Origin: Amoeboradix gromovi X-113
Lineage: Eukaryota > Fungi > Sanchytriomycota
Length of the DNA: 25,653 nucleotides
Direction of reading: 5' to 3'
NCBI GenBank assembly: GCA_018985225.1
Contig: JADGIF010000057.1
Span: 1 to 25,653, forward strand
Shown here: positions 10,198-21,386 of the stretch, in pieces
Layout: the number at the start of each line of letters is the position of its first letter
Position numbering within the stretch: the first letter of the stretch is position 1
Position numbers and translations under genes: made by a program
Notes under the pieces: model-generated
What the model saw: only the letters and a program-made list of their open reading frames with translations
Told to the model about the DNA's origin: nothing
The model's database searches: none

Positions 10198-12476
10198 TTC
10201 CGTGCAAAAGGAGAACTAATGCTTTTTCAATAATATAGCCAGAAATTCATTCATGTACTGCTTGCACTTTTAACAGCATTTAGGTGTACGGCATTTATGA
10301 GTCAAATTTAACTTCAAAAATAGCTCAGGATTTAATAAAGCTCTCTTGCTTACGCATCTTGTTTCATTGCGATTATCTTCGTACTTCATATTCTTAACCA
10401 ACAACTTTACCATCACTAGTTCTCTTTACATAATCCATTAGTTTCTGCTCAGTTTGTAATCTTCAAGAGTGACTTTCCTTTAAACTATTTCACGGCATAT
10501 TTGGATATCAGCAGCTCAAAGTACACATTTAAAGCATTCAAATTATCCATAGATCGATTCCAGCTTGAAATTCTATAAAGATTTGCTCAGATCTATTATT
10601 TATTCCGAAGCATTGCTCTTCCTTCCCTAATTTTTAGAGCGAGGTTAGGTACATTGCGAGCACTGATTAAGAGTAGAAAATCTAACAGCGATTTTGGGGG
10701 AATTTACTCTGTGCTGTTAATATACATGACATTTTTAATCTCGATTTAAATGAATTTTTAGATTAGACTCAGTTGCAAGCGCTAATGCATGAAACTTCCA
10801 AATGTTTCTTTATGTTTTCAAGAGCCTTATTATGATTTCAAACTTTTAAGTTGAAGCAGTCCGTCTGCGGATCGTTATTGAGTTGGTTGGTAGTGTGCTG
10901 GAAGTCATCATACAAGAACGGAACGTGAGTGGGCTAGAACAAATTTTCTATTTATCTTGGCAATTGAGCTTCTAAGTGAAGAGTAGCGCACAATTCTTGT
11001 TGTTTTTCGATTTCTGCAACAGATTTGGGCAGGCCATCCCCATCAGTAATCAAACTGTAAGGGCCTTTCTCAAGCTGATTAGACTTAAATATTACGATCC
11101 ATTTTCTTATCCATCTGACCCACTTTCTTGTTCTCAGAGCTCGTTTTTTTCTGTTAAACTATTAAAAATATAAATCAGTGTATACATTAAGTTACTTGTA
11201 ATTTCTTAATTCACCAAGTTGGAGTTTCCAAGTTCAATATTCAAAAACTTCATAATCTTATCATTTTGACTGCCAGAATCAAACTCTCAGTTTTTCGAGA
11301 CACAGAGAACCCTATTATGAGTCTGAGCACAGTTTAGACTGCATACCCCAAAGAAGTAACAATACTGTAAGTTTACCAGTCGATATGAATTTATCTACAT
11401 TTACATTTCAATCTAGAATACCGAACAAAGAATTTGCCACGCTGGTCTCCAGATAAGGGTAGCAATAAATGTATTTCATACTGTTTACTACATAAGTAAC
11501 ACTACTCGTAAACTTAAGCAGTTTATCCTCGGTATCTACAGAACAATCTATTTCGCGCTTAGCGTAATTTGTGCTACCTTAGCAGAATACCTATTGTTAA
11601 CATGCTATTTCAGTGACGATTAAGCAGTCACCAAGCTAAACCAATTCCAAAAAGGCTATATATACAACAAGCCCCTCAAGCTGCTGAGTACTTGCTGAAA
11701 ACTGGCTAAGGACCACGTTGATAGAGAAGAAATGACACAAGTTATTTTCCTAATTCCTAGGTGACAGGGACACACGCAAAATTGTCTAATCTGAGTTAAA
11801 AATGACTCCTTGAGAAGTATCCATTACTTATTTCGTACACTGGCTCTGTAAGATGAATTATACAAACAACTTGGGAAAAGACACGTTTATTAACTTTTAG
11901 TTATGGGACACCAAATATAAAAGCTAGACCATGTCATTTTTAAGAGGTACTCCATAAGGAGGAAATACTGTTATTAAAAGTCCTTTCAAATCAATTTTCT
12001 TTCATTTATGTCATTCCCCTCCTTAAAATATAACAAGATGACCCACTATCTCTTTCAAATAAGGTCTCTGAGTGTCTAAGCAAAAGGTGCATTATCTACT
12101 ACTTTACCACTATTATCTTCCATTTTCTTCTTCTTACCACTTTTCGTACAACTTATTTTTTGTTTTCTATTCTTATTAGTCATTGTTTCCAAGATTTTGA
12201 TGGATGAAAAGCTTTTACACTAAAATAAATTACTTGAACAGATTAATTTAATCTAATTTACTATCAGTTAACACACACTTGGTATAATGATTCAAACTAT
12301 TTTTGAAAGAAAGTCTAGTTTTTATGTTTGATGTCCCTCATGTTTGTCCATCCTTAGTACTCTATTAAACAAGTAGCATTTTATAAGACGACTAATATAG
12401 CATTTTCGACTACATCATATGATTCTTTCTATTTTAGTAGAATATATCTATTGCACGACTAGACCACTTAGTTTTG

Positions 12477-12629
12477 TTATTTATATATTCGATAAGATGC
12501 TGCTAAAAAGCATAACGCAGATATTCCCACCATAACTGGTTGCTTGTTAGAATGGTGAAGCGTATACGCAGATAATCCATAAAAAGTCGCAGCGTTTACA
12601 TACTTACACGTGTTGCACTCTTCCCCCAT
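12477..12629 (-). CDS. Small two-TM DUF4536/DMAC1-like protein (50 aa)
   Basis: MGEECNTCKYV has an N-terminal CxxC, followed by two hydrophobic segments ending YRI, the DUF4536 layout. The start is chosen at the second Met. Confidence 0.6.
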   Translation of the reverse strand: MGEECNTCKYVNAATFYGLSAYTLHHSNKQPVMVGISALCFLAASYRIYK

Positions 12630-12774
12630 AGCGTCAGCGAAACCTCCTACTAAACAAATAAATACTCTTTGCAATTCATTTTTCAATATAACAATTCAAC
12701 AGCGAAGCCTTAAGCATTTTGGTTTCAAAATGTGTGTCTCTTTGCAAGATTTTTAATTTTTTATTTCTAGGTCA

Positions 12775-14478
12775 ATGCAAACTAAAATTATTTCTGGATT
12801 TTCAACTTTATTGGATGTTTACCAAGATAAGCCTTGCTCCATCTTTGGGCATTGCTTATCTATTGAAAATAAACCCATCGTGGTAGGCAATGACAAGATT
12901 AGTTGTATTGATATATATTCGCATTATGCTGTTACTGGACACTTTTGTGGTAAATCTGATATGGCATCGATTCATTTGATTGATTTAAGGGATGGAAGCA
13001 TTGTTTTTACTAGCCCATTACATAAGTACCTTGTAAAAAGTGTTAAGTTTACCTTGGATGGTCAGTACATTATATCAATGGGTGGGCAAGATGACAGAAC
13101 TTTGACAGTAACAAATTTGAGTGGTAGAGCAGTAGGAGGTGTATTAATTAGTAAAGAAATACAAAAGCAAATTCACACCTTATCTGTTGGTGAAGGTTAC
13201 ACATTTTTCGCAGCTGGTGAAATTATGCCAAAGCTGTGGAAAATGGATCCCACATCCAAGAAGCTGCAGGAATTTCAATTTCAGATGGGTCTTCTTAAAA
13301 GAGTTATTGTCAGCAGCTTAATAACTGGTGATTTGGTGCTTTGTGGTACTCTCTCTGGTGACGTGTTGAAATTTGATTTAAAAAATTTGATTTTTAAAGA
13401 TAATGGACCGAAAAAGTTTTCGGAAGACTTTGCTAGAGGCGTTAAATCTATTTCTTTGTTAAATGAAGACCAAATCCTACTTGGAGGTGGTTCAGGTACT
13501 GTTGCTGTTGCAAATATTTCCAACCTCAACATCATTTATAAAATTGATCTGAAGTCTGCCGTATACAATCTGAAAGTGGCATCTAATAGTCAGATATTTG
13601 GTATATTTGGTGACGGAACTATTAAAATTATTAGCAGAGACTTAAAAAATGTCACTATATTTAAACAATCGCATCTTCAAGGCATAAATTGCACAGCGAC
13701 ATTAAAAAAGACCTCTAATTTAATTCTTACAGGATCCTTTAAGGACGTATTTCTTTGGGATTTAGTGAATGAAAAAGTTGCCCAAACTTATTCTGTACCC
13801 GGAAAAAGTTGCCAAAGCATCTGTGTCCCCGAAGATGGGAGTGAGGTTGTAACCGGATGGGACGATGGTTGTATTCGGGTGTTCAACCCAGAATCAGGTA
13901 CTCTGAAGTATGAAATTAATAATGCTCACAAGAATTCAACAACAGCCTTGAACACCGTAATCTTAAACGGGAACCGCCACATTGTATCTGGTGGGGGTGA
14001 AGGATATTTAAGAATTTGGAAAGGAGACAGCTTAGTTCAGTCACTTAGCGAGCACAAAGACAAAATAAATCAGTTGCTAATTGAAAATGGCCTCTGCATA
14101 TCTGCAAGTGATGATTGTTCATGTATTATTTGGGATCTTAATAGCTTCACACGCAAGCAGGTATTTTTTGGAGACAGCAACATTAAATCGGTTGTGAATC
14201 TACCAGGGTGCTTAATCACTTTTGACAACAAGATTACATTTTGGCATAAAAAAGGTGAACTATTACGGCAAATTAGCTTACAAGACAGTTGCACTTGCGC
14301 GTATTTGAAGAACGATGAATTTATTTTAATTGGGTGCCAATCTGGAAAAGTAGTTGAAATGAACATTATAACTGGTGAGTACATAACTCATTATTATGGC
14401 CAATCAGGAATAAGTGGAATTACAGGAAATGTGTCAACTAGTATTGATGGGTCAATAATGAAATATTTAACTGAATAA
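12775..14478 (+). CDS. CFAP52: Cilia/flagella-associated WD40 protein CFAP52/WDR16, divergent
   Basis: Motifs SMGGQDD, GTLSGDV, GWDDGCIRVFNPESG.LKY.INNAH, SGGGEG.LRIW, EHK and CISASDDCSCIIWDL. Confidence 0.85.
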   Translation: MQTKIISGFSTLLDVYQDKPCSIFGHCLSIENKPIVVGNDKISCIDIYSHYAVTGHFCGKSDMASIHLIDLRDGSIVFTSPLHKYLVKSVKFTLDGQYIISMGGQDDRTLTVTNLSGRAVGGVLISKEIQKQIHTLSVGEGYTFFAAGEIMPKLWKMDPTSKKLQEFQFQMGLLKRVIVSSLITGDLVLCGTLSGDVLKFDLKNLIFKDNGPKKFSEDFARGVKSISLLNEDQILLGGGSGTVAVANISNLNIIYKIDLKSAVYNLKVASNSQIFGIFGDGTIKIISRDLKNVTIFKQSHLQGINCTATLKKTSNLILTGSFKDVFLWDLVNEKVAQTYSVPGKSCQSICVPEDGSEVVTGWDDGCIRVFNPESGTLKYEINNAHKNSTTALNTVILNGNRHIVSGGGEGYLRIWKGDSLVQSLSEHKDKINQLLIENGLCISASDDCSCIIWDLNSFTRKQVFFGDSNIKSVVNLPGCLITFDNKITFWHKKGELLRQISLQDSCTCAYLKNDEFILIGCQSGKVVEMNIITGEYITHYYGQSGISGITGNVSTSIDGSIMKYLTE

Positions 14479-14859
14479 ATAGTTAACTCGTATACTCAAA
14501 AAGTTCAAGTCTTAGCTTGATCTTTGTGTCCTTAAAACTTGGTTTTCATATATTTTCACAATCTATACGCGCACCTACTCTTAATGATTAGCTCAGGTCT
14601 TCACAGTATATCATTTCAGGCATTGAAGCTTTGCAAATTAAACCTGGAAATGTTAATTGAGGCAGAACATAACAGATCTTTGTACGGCTTCAAAGAACCA
14701 AGACTTGAGAGATCAATTATAAAAATAACCAAGTATTTGCAGCAGCATATGTCAAGATTTAAAACAATACACTTATGTCATCTTGTCTCGGATATTAGTT
14801 AGTTATGTAATCAAATCATCCTTGGTAAACATAATTAGCACTGATGGTTAGCTAACTTT

Positions 14860-15040
14860 GCGCGTCTTTGACTAGTAAATGATTCTTTGTGTTCAATTAT
14901 TGTCTTGCCTCTCTCTTTACACCTGAATGTTCTTTGAATGCGTAATGAGTCATTGTTGAAAGATATCTAATTTCGTATTCTTGGACCAGTTTCTCGATCT
15001 GGATGAGCTTATACTATATCTATTAGTTATTTCTTGAGAT
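14860..15040 (-). pseudogene. Second, more decayed Fanzor2/TnpB remnant
   Basis: Manual translation across frameshifts gives RNWSKNT..RYLSTMTHYAFKE..FRCKERGKTIIEHKESFTSQ. It shares the exact 17-mer TGACTAGTAAATGATTC (14869-14885) with 8283-8299. Confidence 0.75.
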
Positions 15041-15249
15041 CTTAGAAATTCAGAATGCGAGGTTAAGAACTACAAATTGGCGAATAACGCGGATATCGTG
15101 TTTTTTGTCACATCCGAGTATCTAAAAAAGAAATAGTATTTATATATAAAAGGTATGCACCCTCTATAAGCGTTTTATTTAATAAAATTTATCTGCAAAT
15201 CTCTTGCAATTTTCAAACTCATCAAAATGGAAATCTCCGTTGAGCCTCC

Positions 15250-16356
15250 ATGAGACTGAATCCGCTTCATTTGAGTCAAATGACTTCTGATCAAATGAGG
15301 CTTCTTCAGTGCATGGAGCAACTATCGAAAAGCCATGATATAATACCTATAGACTTAATCAGTGCATATTATAAGCGGCCAGTGTACAACGAATTAAAAC
15401 AACTTATGGTTTGGAGGCTGATAACATATGAGAACAGCAACAAAACTTGTGGTTATAGACTAGGATATGGTGGTTTTGATTACATGGCGTTATACACATT
15501 GAACAAAAGAGGATTGTTAGGAATAGGAAAACAACTTGGTGTAGGCAAAGAGAGCGATGTGTATTTGGGGAAAATGGTAGTTAATGAAGACTCTTTTGAT
15601 ATGGATGATGGCGTGGATGTAGTTGTCAAAATACACCGATTGGGTAGGACATCATTTAGAACCGTAAAGAATAACCGCGATTACTTGGAAGGGAAAGGCC
15701 ATACCTCGTGGTTAGAGATGTCCAGAATATCTGCACAAAAAGAATATGAGTTCATGAGCATTCTTCAAGGGAAGTTTCCAGTTCCTCAACCTATTTCTCA
15801 CAATAGACATGTAGTTGTTATGTCTCCAATTAACGGATTCCCTCTGACACAGATAACTGAATATGGTAATGCACAAATAGTATATCAGCAAATGAAAAGC
15901 ATGGTAATATTATTAGCGCAGTATGGTCTGATTCATGGGGATTTGAATGTGTTTAATTTTATGATCACAGAGGATGAGAAGGTTCATTTGATAGATTTCC
16001 CCCAGATGGTGAGCACTAGTCATATAGAAGCCGATATGTACTATAACAGAGATATTCAAGGAGTCGTAGACTTTGGAATGAAATGGAAATGCGAGATCGG
16101 GGACTTTCCTGATTTAAAGGATATAGAAGTCATTGAAGCACTCGATGTAGCAGTTAAAGCTAGTGGATACATTAAGCAACCAAAAATTAAGGTTAAAAAA
16201 GTGAAAGATGAAGATGTAAACAAAATATGCATTAGAACAGCCAAGCTGAATTTCAAAGATAAACAAGAAAGAATTATCTGGAAGAAAGGCAATAATAGTA
16301 AAAGCAAAAACAAAGTGAACAGGTCAGAGTACTCTTCATATCGGGATTTGGCATAG
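15250..16356 (+). CDS. RIO2: Atypical kinase Rio2 (40S maturation)
   Basis: Winged-helix region GYRL.Y.G.DY.AL, plus GVGKESDVY, KIHRLGRTSFR, LIHGDLN.FN and IDFPQMVS. Confidence 0.96.
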   Translation: MRLNPLHLSQMTSDQMRLLQCMEQLSKSHDIIPIDLISAYYKRPVYNELKQLMVWRLITYENSNKTCGYRLGYGGFDYMALYTLNKRGLLGIGKQLGVGKESDVYLGKMVVNEDSFDMDDGVDVVVKIHRLGRTSFRTVKNNRDYLEGKGHTSWLEMSRISAQKEYEFMSILQGKFPVPQPISHNRHVVVMSPINGFPLTQITEYGNAQIVYQQMKSMVILLAQYGLIHGDLNVFNFMITEDEKVHLIDFPQMVSTSHIEADMYYNRDIQGVVDFGMKWKCEIGDFPDLKDIEVIEALDVAVKASGYIKQPKIKVKKVKDEDVNKICIRTAKLNFKDKQERIIWKKGNNSKSKNKVNRSEYSSYRDLA

Positions 16357-16814
16357 GGTTTATAATAAATACTAATTAGTTATTTCAATTATGAAAAGCA
16401 ACGATCTAGTAGATAGTTACAGAAATTTAGCTGACTGGGATAATCCACAGATTATAAAAGAACATGCACTTTTCTCATTTCATCACCGATTAGACTAACC
16501 AGCATTGACCGACAAAACTTTTGAGTTTATTAATTCTATTGTAGTCGTTAGGCTAACTTTCAGGGGTTTTATTTACCGAAATAAGTAGATTTGGATGGTT
16601 ACATATTGCAAATTTGCTCATTGTTAGTCCTAAATGTCCTGTTGTAATTATTTACACTGTCCTACTATTCAGAGAATTTAGCGTTTGCTGGAAATTTCAT
16701 ATCGTTTTCGTGCTTTGAATTTCAGATTTGTGAGTTACAGTTTGCGAGGATTGGTTGTTCTGATTGGTTAAAATCAAATCAAGTGTCATAAAAGAAACTA
16801 CTCCCTACTCCCAA

Positions 16815-17480
16815 ATGTTTTTGCAAAAACGAGATGTTGCAAAAGTAGATGGCTTAAAAGACGATTTTCAAGATCATATCGCCTTGTTTAGCACTTCAGT
16901 GATTTTTTTGATTATATCTGGAATTCTGTTAGTTGTGAGAGGATACAAAATTTACAGGTTAGCTATCATGTTGGCATCAGCAATGTTCTTTGCTAGTATC
17001 TCTGTATCACTTACTCTGACTATTGATTCAAATGTTAGCGATACAACTCTGTTAATCATCGGACTAGTAACGGGTATTATTGGTGCATTTATCGGTTACA
17101 AATTTTACAGATTCTGTCTTGTTTTACTGGGTGCACTAGCAGGTGCGTATCTTGGGTTTGTAATCCTGCAACTAAAACAGCCAATACTAATTGAGAGTCC
17201 AATTTGGAGATTTGTCTTGATTGCAGTATTAGCAATAATAGGTAGTATATTAGTAATCAAAGTGGAAAAAATAGCTGTAATCTGCGCCACTTCAATAATC
17301 GGAAGCTACTTTCTTATGCTTTCTATTGATTTATTTGCAAATTGGGGATTCAAAAATTCAATCTTGTTATGGAAGAGTGGTGATTATAGTATTACAAGCA
17401 ATAATGCCTACATTTTGATTGCTGGGTTTGTTGTTGTCGCAGCTTTTGGTATACTTATTCAACGCAGGAGTCTCAAATAA
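16815..17480 (+). CDS. Multi-pass membrane protein, DUF4203/TMEM198-TM7SF3-like
   Basis: About 7 hydrophobic helices with GYK.YR, LGALAG..LG, I.ATSIIGSY....IDLF and G..IQ motifs. The first ATG is at 16815. Confidence 0.75.
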   Translation: MFLQKRDVAKVDGLKDDFQDHIALFSTSVIFLIISGILLVVRGYKIYRLAIMLASAMFFASISVSLTLTIDSNVSDTTLLIIGLVTGIIGAFIGYKFYRFCLVLLGALAGAYLGFVILQLKQPILIESPIWRFVLIAVLAIIGSILVIKVEKIAVICATSIIGSYFLMLSIDLFANWGFKNSILLWKSGDYSITSNNAYILIAGFVVVAAFGILIQRRSLK

Positions 17481-18217
17481 ATTTGTTTTCCATATATTTT
17501 GCGACTATGAATGGTTAATCAGAGTTAAGCGATATATCCATGATATTATATCATTCTCGTAGCATATGCACTTGCTTGAAGAAAACAATCAGCTAGAAAT
17601 ACCAGCTCACCAAGACAATCAATGCTGCAAATTTTAGAGAAAGTTTTAGTTCTAGTTTAGGCCCCTTTCAGCAGTGACACAATAAGCATTGATATTAATA
17701 CACCAAATCTCTTTTGATTTACGATCGAGGCATCAATGGCAAAACTGGACCATTTGTTAAAATAAAAACATTCAGAAAACTTAGTGAATAAGTTTATTTT
17801 ATGACGCTTACTACACTAGCAAGGTGCTACTCAGCCGTCTATGCAAGTAACTCTTGATAAGGTAACCTCTATATACTTAAGAAAGATATTTTATACTTGT
17901 CTCGAAATTGGTTTCTTGAGAGTTCCACCCGTTGTGCACCTTACTAGTAAACGCTTTAGTATAACCAATTTCTTTACATTTGCACTTCATTTTTAGACAA
18001 GTCGCTAAGCTAGTCGAAGAGTGCACTCTTATTGATTTGTTTGTATCTGCCATATTCTAGCTGCGTGCGATTTGAAGAACTTTTTCCGATGAATAGAACT
18101 AAAGCATATTGTCGCTATATAGCTCACGCAATCATAAGAAACGATTTATTCTTCTAAATCCCAAACTGAAGTCTTAAATAAATATAAAAATTCTCCTTGC
18201 ATAACAACCGTTTGAAA

Positions 18218-19408
18218 ATGAATCGCATCTTGAGCAGTGTAAATAATCTTTCAGTTGAGGTGCACACTATTACTGGCAGTATATATCAGGGAGTGCTATC
18301 TAAGTTTGGTGAAAAGAACATCATTTTGAAAGCTGTGATACTGTTTGACGGCACTGAGTTCAAAACTATTGACCATGTGCACATTGAACTAAGTAAAATT
18401 GCTCTGCTAATCACAGCAAAGTTTCCTATAGTTCCGAAGAATAAAAACAAGGGCTTTACGGATGGTGAAATAAGTACCAACAAGAATACAAAACGTGAAT
18501 TAGTTAAATTCGACATCCCTGATGACTATGTTCAAGACGATTTAAAAAATGATGAAGGCCACTGGGATCAGTTTGAAGTGAATGAAAAGAAATTCGGCGT
18601 AACTACATCTTATGATGAAAGTCTTTACACCACGAAACTCGATAAGACTAGCAAAGAATACAAGTCGAGAGAGAAAGAAGCTATCAGAATTGCCAAGGAA
18701 ATAGAAACCAAATCTACTAGTAACCCCCATTTAAAAGAAGAACGTGGTCAAGCTGCCCAGATGGAAATTGACGAGGAGACCAAGTATAGCCAAGTTCAAA
18801 CGACAAACTACACTTTACCTAAGCCCAAAACTAGTTTTGCTAGTATTGCTGCTCAAAAACAGCTTCCAAACTCAAAAACAAATGAATCAATTGACAAAGC
18901 TCAAAAACAAATAAACGCCTTTAAACAGACAGAAAAGCGTAAAGTGCAGCATAAGAAGAATGAAGAGCAACAAAAGCTGATCGATTTCTCTAAATCCTTT
19001 AAATTGAAAACTCCGATGCCCGATGATATTAAGGAGCTGTTGAATAAACCAGCTCCTGAATCTCAAGCGGAACCCGCTGAAGAAGCTGCTTGGAACTGGA
19101 ACGTCGAAGCACCTGAGTTCCAACCGGATTATTATTTAGAACCTGAAGTAGAACCTATAAATGCTAATAAATTCTTATCTGATGACATTCAGGATAAAAA
19201 TGTCAAGCTGGGGTATAAAGATTTGTTTCCTACACCGATAGACGATAGCGCTGACTGGCAAATTGATCCCAACGCCCCGGACTATGACACACTCTATTAC
19301 ATGCCACAGTACTATGCGTATTCATACTATGACTTCAATAGTTATTATTATAATTACGAACAACAGCAATTTTACAACGAGCCTCAGCCAGAGGAACAAA
19401 CTCAATAA
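18218..19408 (+). CDS. PBP1: Pbp1/ataxin-2 (Lsm, LsmAD, PAM2-like)
   Basis: FTDGEIS, LsmAD WDQFEVNEKKFGVTTSYDESLYTTKLD..A.RIA.EIE...NPHL.EERG, and PAM2-like WNVEAPEFQP. The first ATG is at 18218. Confidence 0.92.
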   Translation: MNRILSSVNNLSVEVHTITGSIYQGVLSKFGEKNIILKAVILFDGTEFKTIDHVHIELSKIALLITAKFPIVPKNKNKGFTDGEISTNKNTKRELVKFDIPDDYVQDDLKNDEGHWDQFEVNEKKFGVTTSYDESLYTTKLDKTSKEYKSREKEAIRIAKEIETKSTSNPHLKEERGQAAQMEIDEETKYSQVQTTNYTLPKPKTSFASIAAQKQLPNSKTNESIDKAQKQINAFKQTEKRKVQHKKNEEQQKLIDFSKSFKLKTPMPDDIKELLNKPAPESQAEPAEEAAWNWNVEAPEFQPDYYLEPEVEPINANKFLSDDIQDKNVKLGYKDLFPTPIDDSADWQIDPNAPDYDTLYYMPQYYAYSYYDFNSYYYNYEQQQFYNEPQPEEQTQ

Positions 19409-19441
19409 ATTAATATTAGATTCACTTAATAATTTATTTGA

Positions 19442-21361
19442 TTACTTGCTGTCTTTATTATCCTCACTCTTTGCCTCTGAGCTTCCAGCACTATTTTTGT
19501 TTTCTTCTGCTTTCTGTTTGTATGCCATTTCAAAAAGTTTTAAAGAATCAGTTTGGACTTGACCAATCTTGGCTTTGATGTCTGCGCCAGAAACATCTTC
19601 TGTGTCTTTTAATGTTTTCAATTCATTTAAACTGCTTTGAATCTTTTCACTCTCAGCGGCATCAATTTGATCTTTGAACTCGCTTAAAGACTGCTCTGTG
19701 TCTGCAATGATACTTTCAGCTTGATTTTTAGCTTCGATAGCTTCTTTCTTGAGCTTATCCGACTCTGCGTTCTCTTCGGCATTCTTGACCATGTTTTCAA
19801 TCTCACTGTTACTTAATCCAGATGATGCTGTAATTGTTATTGAGTGATCTTTGTTAGTAGCTAGATCTTTAGCAGATACATGAACAATACCGTCTGCATC
19901 AATATCAAATCCCACTTCAATTTGTGGAACTCCTTTTGGTGCAGGTGGGATACCAGTTAGAGTAAAGTTGCCAAGGATCTTATTGTCCTTGACTAATTCA
20001 CGTTCACCTTGAAATACTCTAATTTCTACTGATCTCTGGCCATCTGCAGCTGTGGAAAACGTCTGAGATTTCTTGGTCGGAATTGTTGTATTTCTAGTAA
20101 TAAGCCTAGTGAAAACACCACCTAGTGTCTCAATACCTAGAGACAACGGTGTGACATCTAATAGCAGGACATCTTTGGTCTCACCAGCTAGCACGCTACC
20201 TTGAATTGCAGCACCAACTGCAACAGCTTCGTCAGGGTTAACTGACTTTGTCGGTGTCTTCTTAAAAATATTCTTGACCATTTCCTGTACTTTAGGCATT
20301 CTAGACATACCGCCAACCAATATGACTTCATTGATATCATTTGGAGAAAGTTTAGCATCTTTTAACGCATTTTCACAAGGCTTTACGACCTTCTTCAAAA
20401 AATCACCCACAATGCTTTCTAATTTGGCTCTAGTTAGCTTGAGATGTAAATGTTTAGGACCACTAGCATCCGCAGTGATATATGGTAGATTAACTTCAGT
20501 TGCCACAGAAGAGGATAACTCAATTTTAGCTTTCTCAGCAGCTTCACGAATACGCTGAACAGCCATCCTATCTTTACTAATATCAACTCCATTTTCTTTC
20601 TTAAATTCAGCAAGAAAGTATTCGACCAGCTTGTGATCAAAGTCTTCACCTCCCAAATGAGTGTCACCATTGGTACTCAAAACTTCAAAAACACCATCAT
20701 GGATCTCAAGAATGGATACATCAAACGTTCCACCACCCAAATCAAACACTGCAATCTTCTTTTCCTTATTATCTTTGTTTAAACCGTAAGATAGTGCGGC
20801 CGCTGTTGGTTCATTGATAACACGCAGTACATTTAAACCAGCAATTTTCCCGGCATCTTTGGTGGCCTGGCGTTGTGCGTCGTTAAAGTAAGCTGGTACG
20901 GTTACTACAGCATTCCCTACCTTTTTGCCCAAATAAGAATCTGCGGTTTCCTTCATTTTAGCTAATATAAAGCCACCGATTTCAGAAGGAGAATGCTTCT
21001 TACCATTAGCTTCAACCCATGCATCACCATTTGAATGCTTGATGATTTTGTACGAACATGTTTTGACATCGCTTTGTACAACTTTGTCATCAAATTTACG
21101 ACCAATCAAACGTTTGATGGCATACAAAGTATTCTCGGGATTTACAACTGCTTGGCGCTTAGCTGCTTGGCCCACTAGTCTTTCTCCGTCTTTAGTAAAT
21201 GCGACAACAGATGGAGTTGTGCGCCCACCTTCAGAATTCTCGATAACCCGAGGTGTTTGCCCTTCCATAATTGCGACACATGAGTTGGTAGTTCCCAAGT
21301 CAATGCCAATGACTTGACCTTTGACTTTGCTTGCTGCTCTTCGTCCAATGTAAGACAACAT
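19442..21361 (-). CDS. SSC1: Mitochondrial Hsp70 (Ssc1/mortalin)
   Basis: [12 protein letters not shown], the mitochondrial/proteobacterial-type GDAWVEA signature, and a short Arg-rich presequence. Confidence 0.97.
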   Translation of the reverse strand: MLSYIGRRAASKVKGQVIGIDLGTTNSCVAIMEGQTPRVIENSEGGRTTPSVVAFTKDGERLVGQAAKRQAVVNPENTLYAIKRLIGRKFDDKVVQSDVKTCSYKIIKHSNGDAWVEANGKKHSPSEIGGFILAKMKETADSYLGKKVGNAVVTVPAYFNDAQRQATKDAGKIAGLNVLRVINEPTAAALSYGLNKDNKEKKIAVFDLGGGTFDVSILEIHDGVFEVLSTNGDTHLGGEDFDHKLVEYFLAEFKKENGVDISKDRMAVQRIREAAEKAKIELSSSVATEVNLPYITADASGPKHLHLKLTRAKLESIVGDFLKKVVKPCENALKDAKLSPNDINEVILVGGMSRMPKVQEMVKNIFKKTPTKSVNPDEAVAVGAAIQGSVLAGETKDVLLLDVTPLSLGIETLGGVFTRLITRNTTIPTKKSQTFSTAADGQRSVEIRVFQGERELVKDNKILGNFTLTGIPPAPKGVPQIEVGFDIDADGIVHVSAKDLATNKDHSITITASSGLSNSEIENMVKNAEENAESDKLKKEAIEAKNQAESIIADTEQSLSEFKDQIDAAESEKIQSSLNELKTLKDTEDVSGADIKAKIGQVQTDSLKLFEMAYKQKAEENKNSAGSSEAKSEDNKDSK

Positions 21362-21386
21362 TTGATCCCGTGTCTCCTTAATCTCT

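Noticed and set aside
10976-14802. ORFs 10976-11173 and 14539-14802
   Set aside because: Non-ATG starts, no recognisable domain, and located in decayed intergenic DNA.
17805-17825. GTGTAGTA on the minus strand as the U2 snRNA branch-binding region
   Set aside because: The flanking U2 sequence (GCTAAGATCAA upstream, TCTGTTC downstream) is absent.
1800-18220. TGCA(A) or CCC/GGG words shortly upstream of several start codons as a promoter motif
   Set aside because: Spacing is variable and the words are absent from several genes; too short to distinguish from chance without genome-wide counts.
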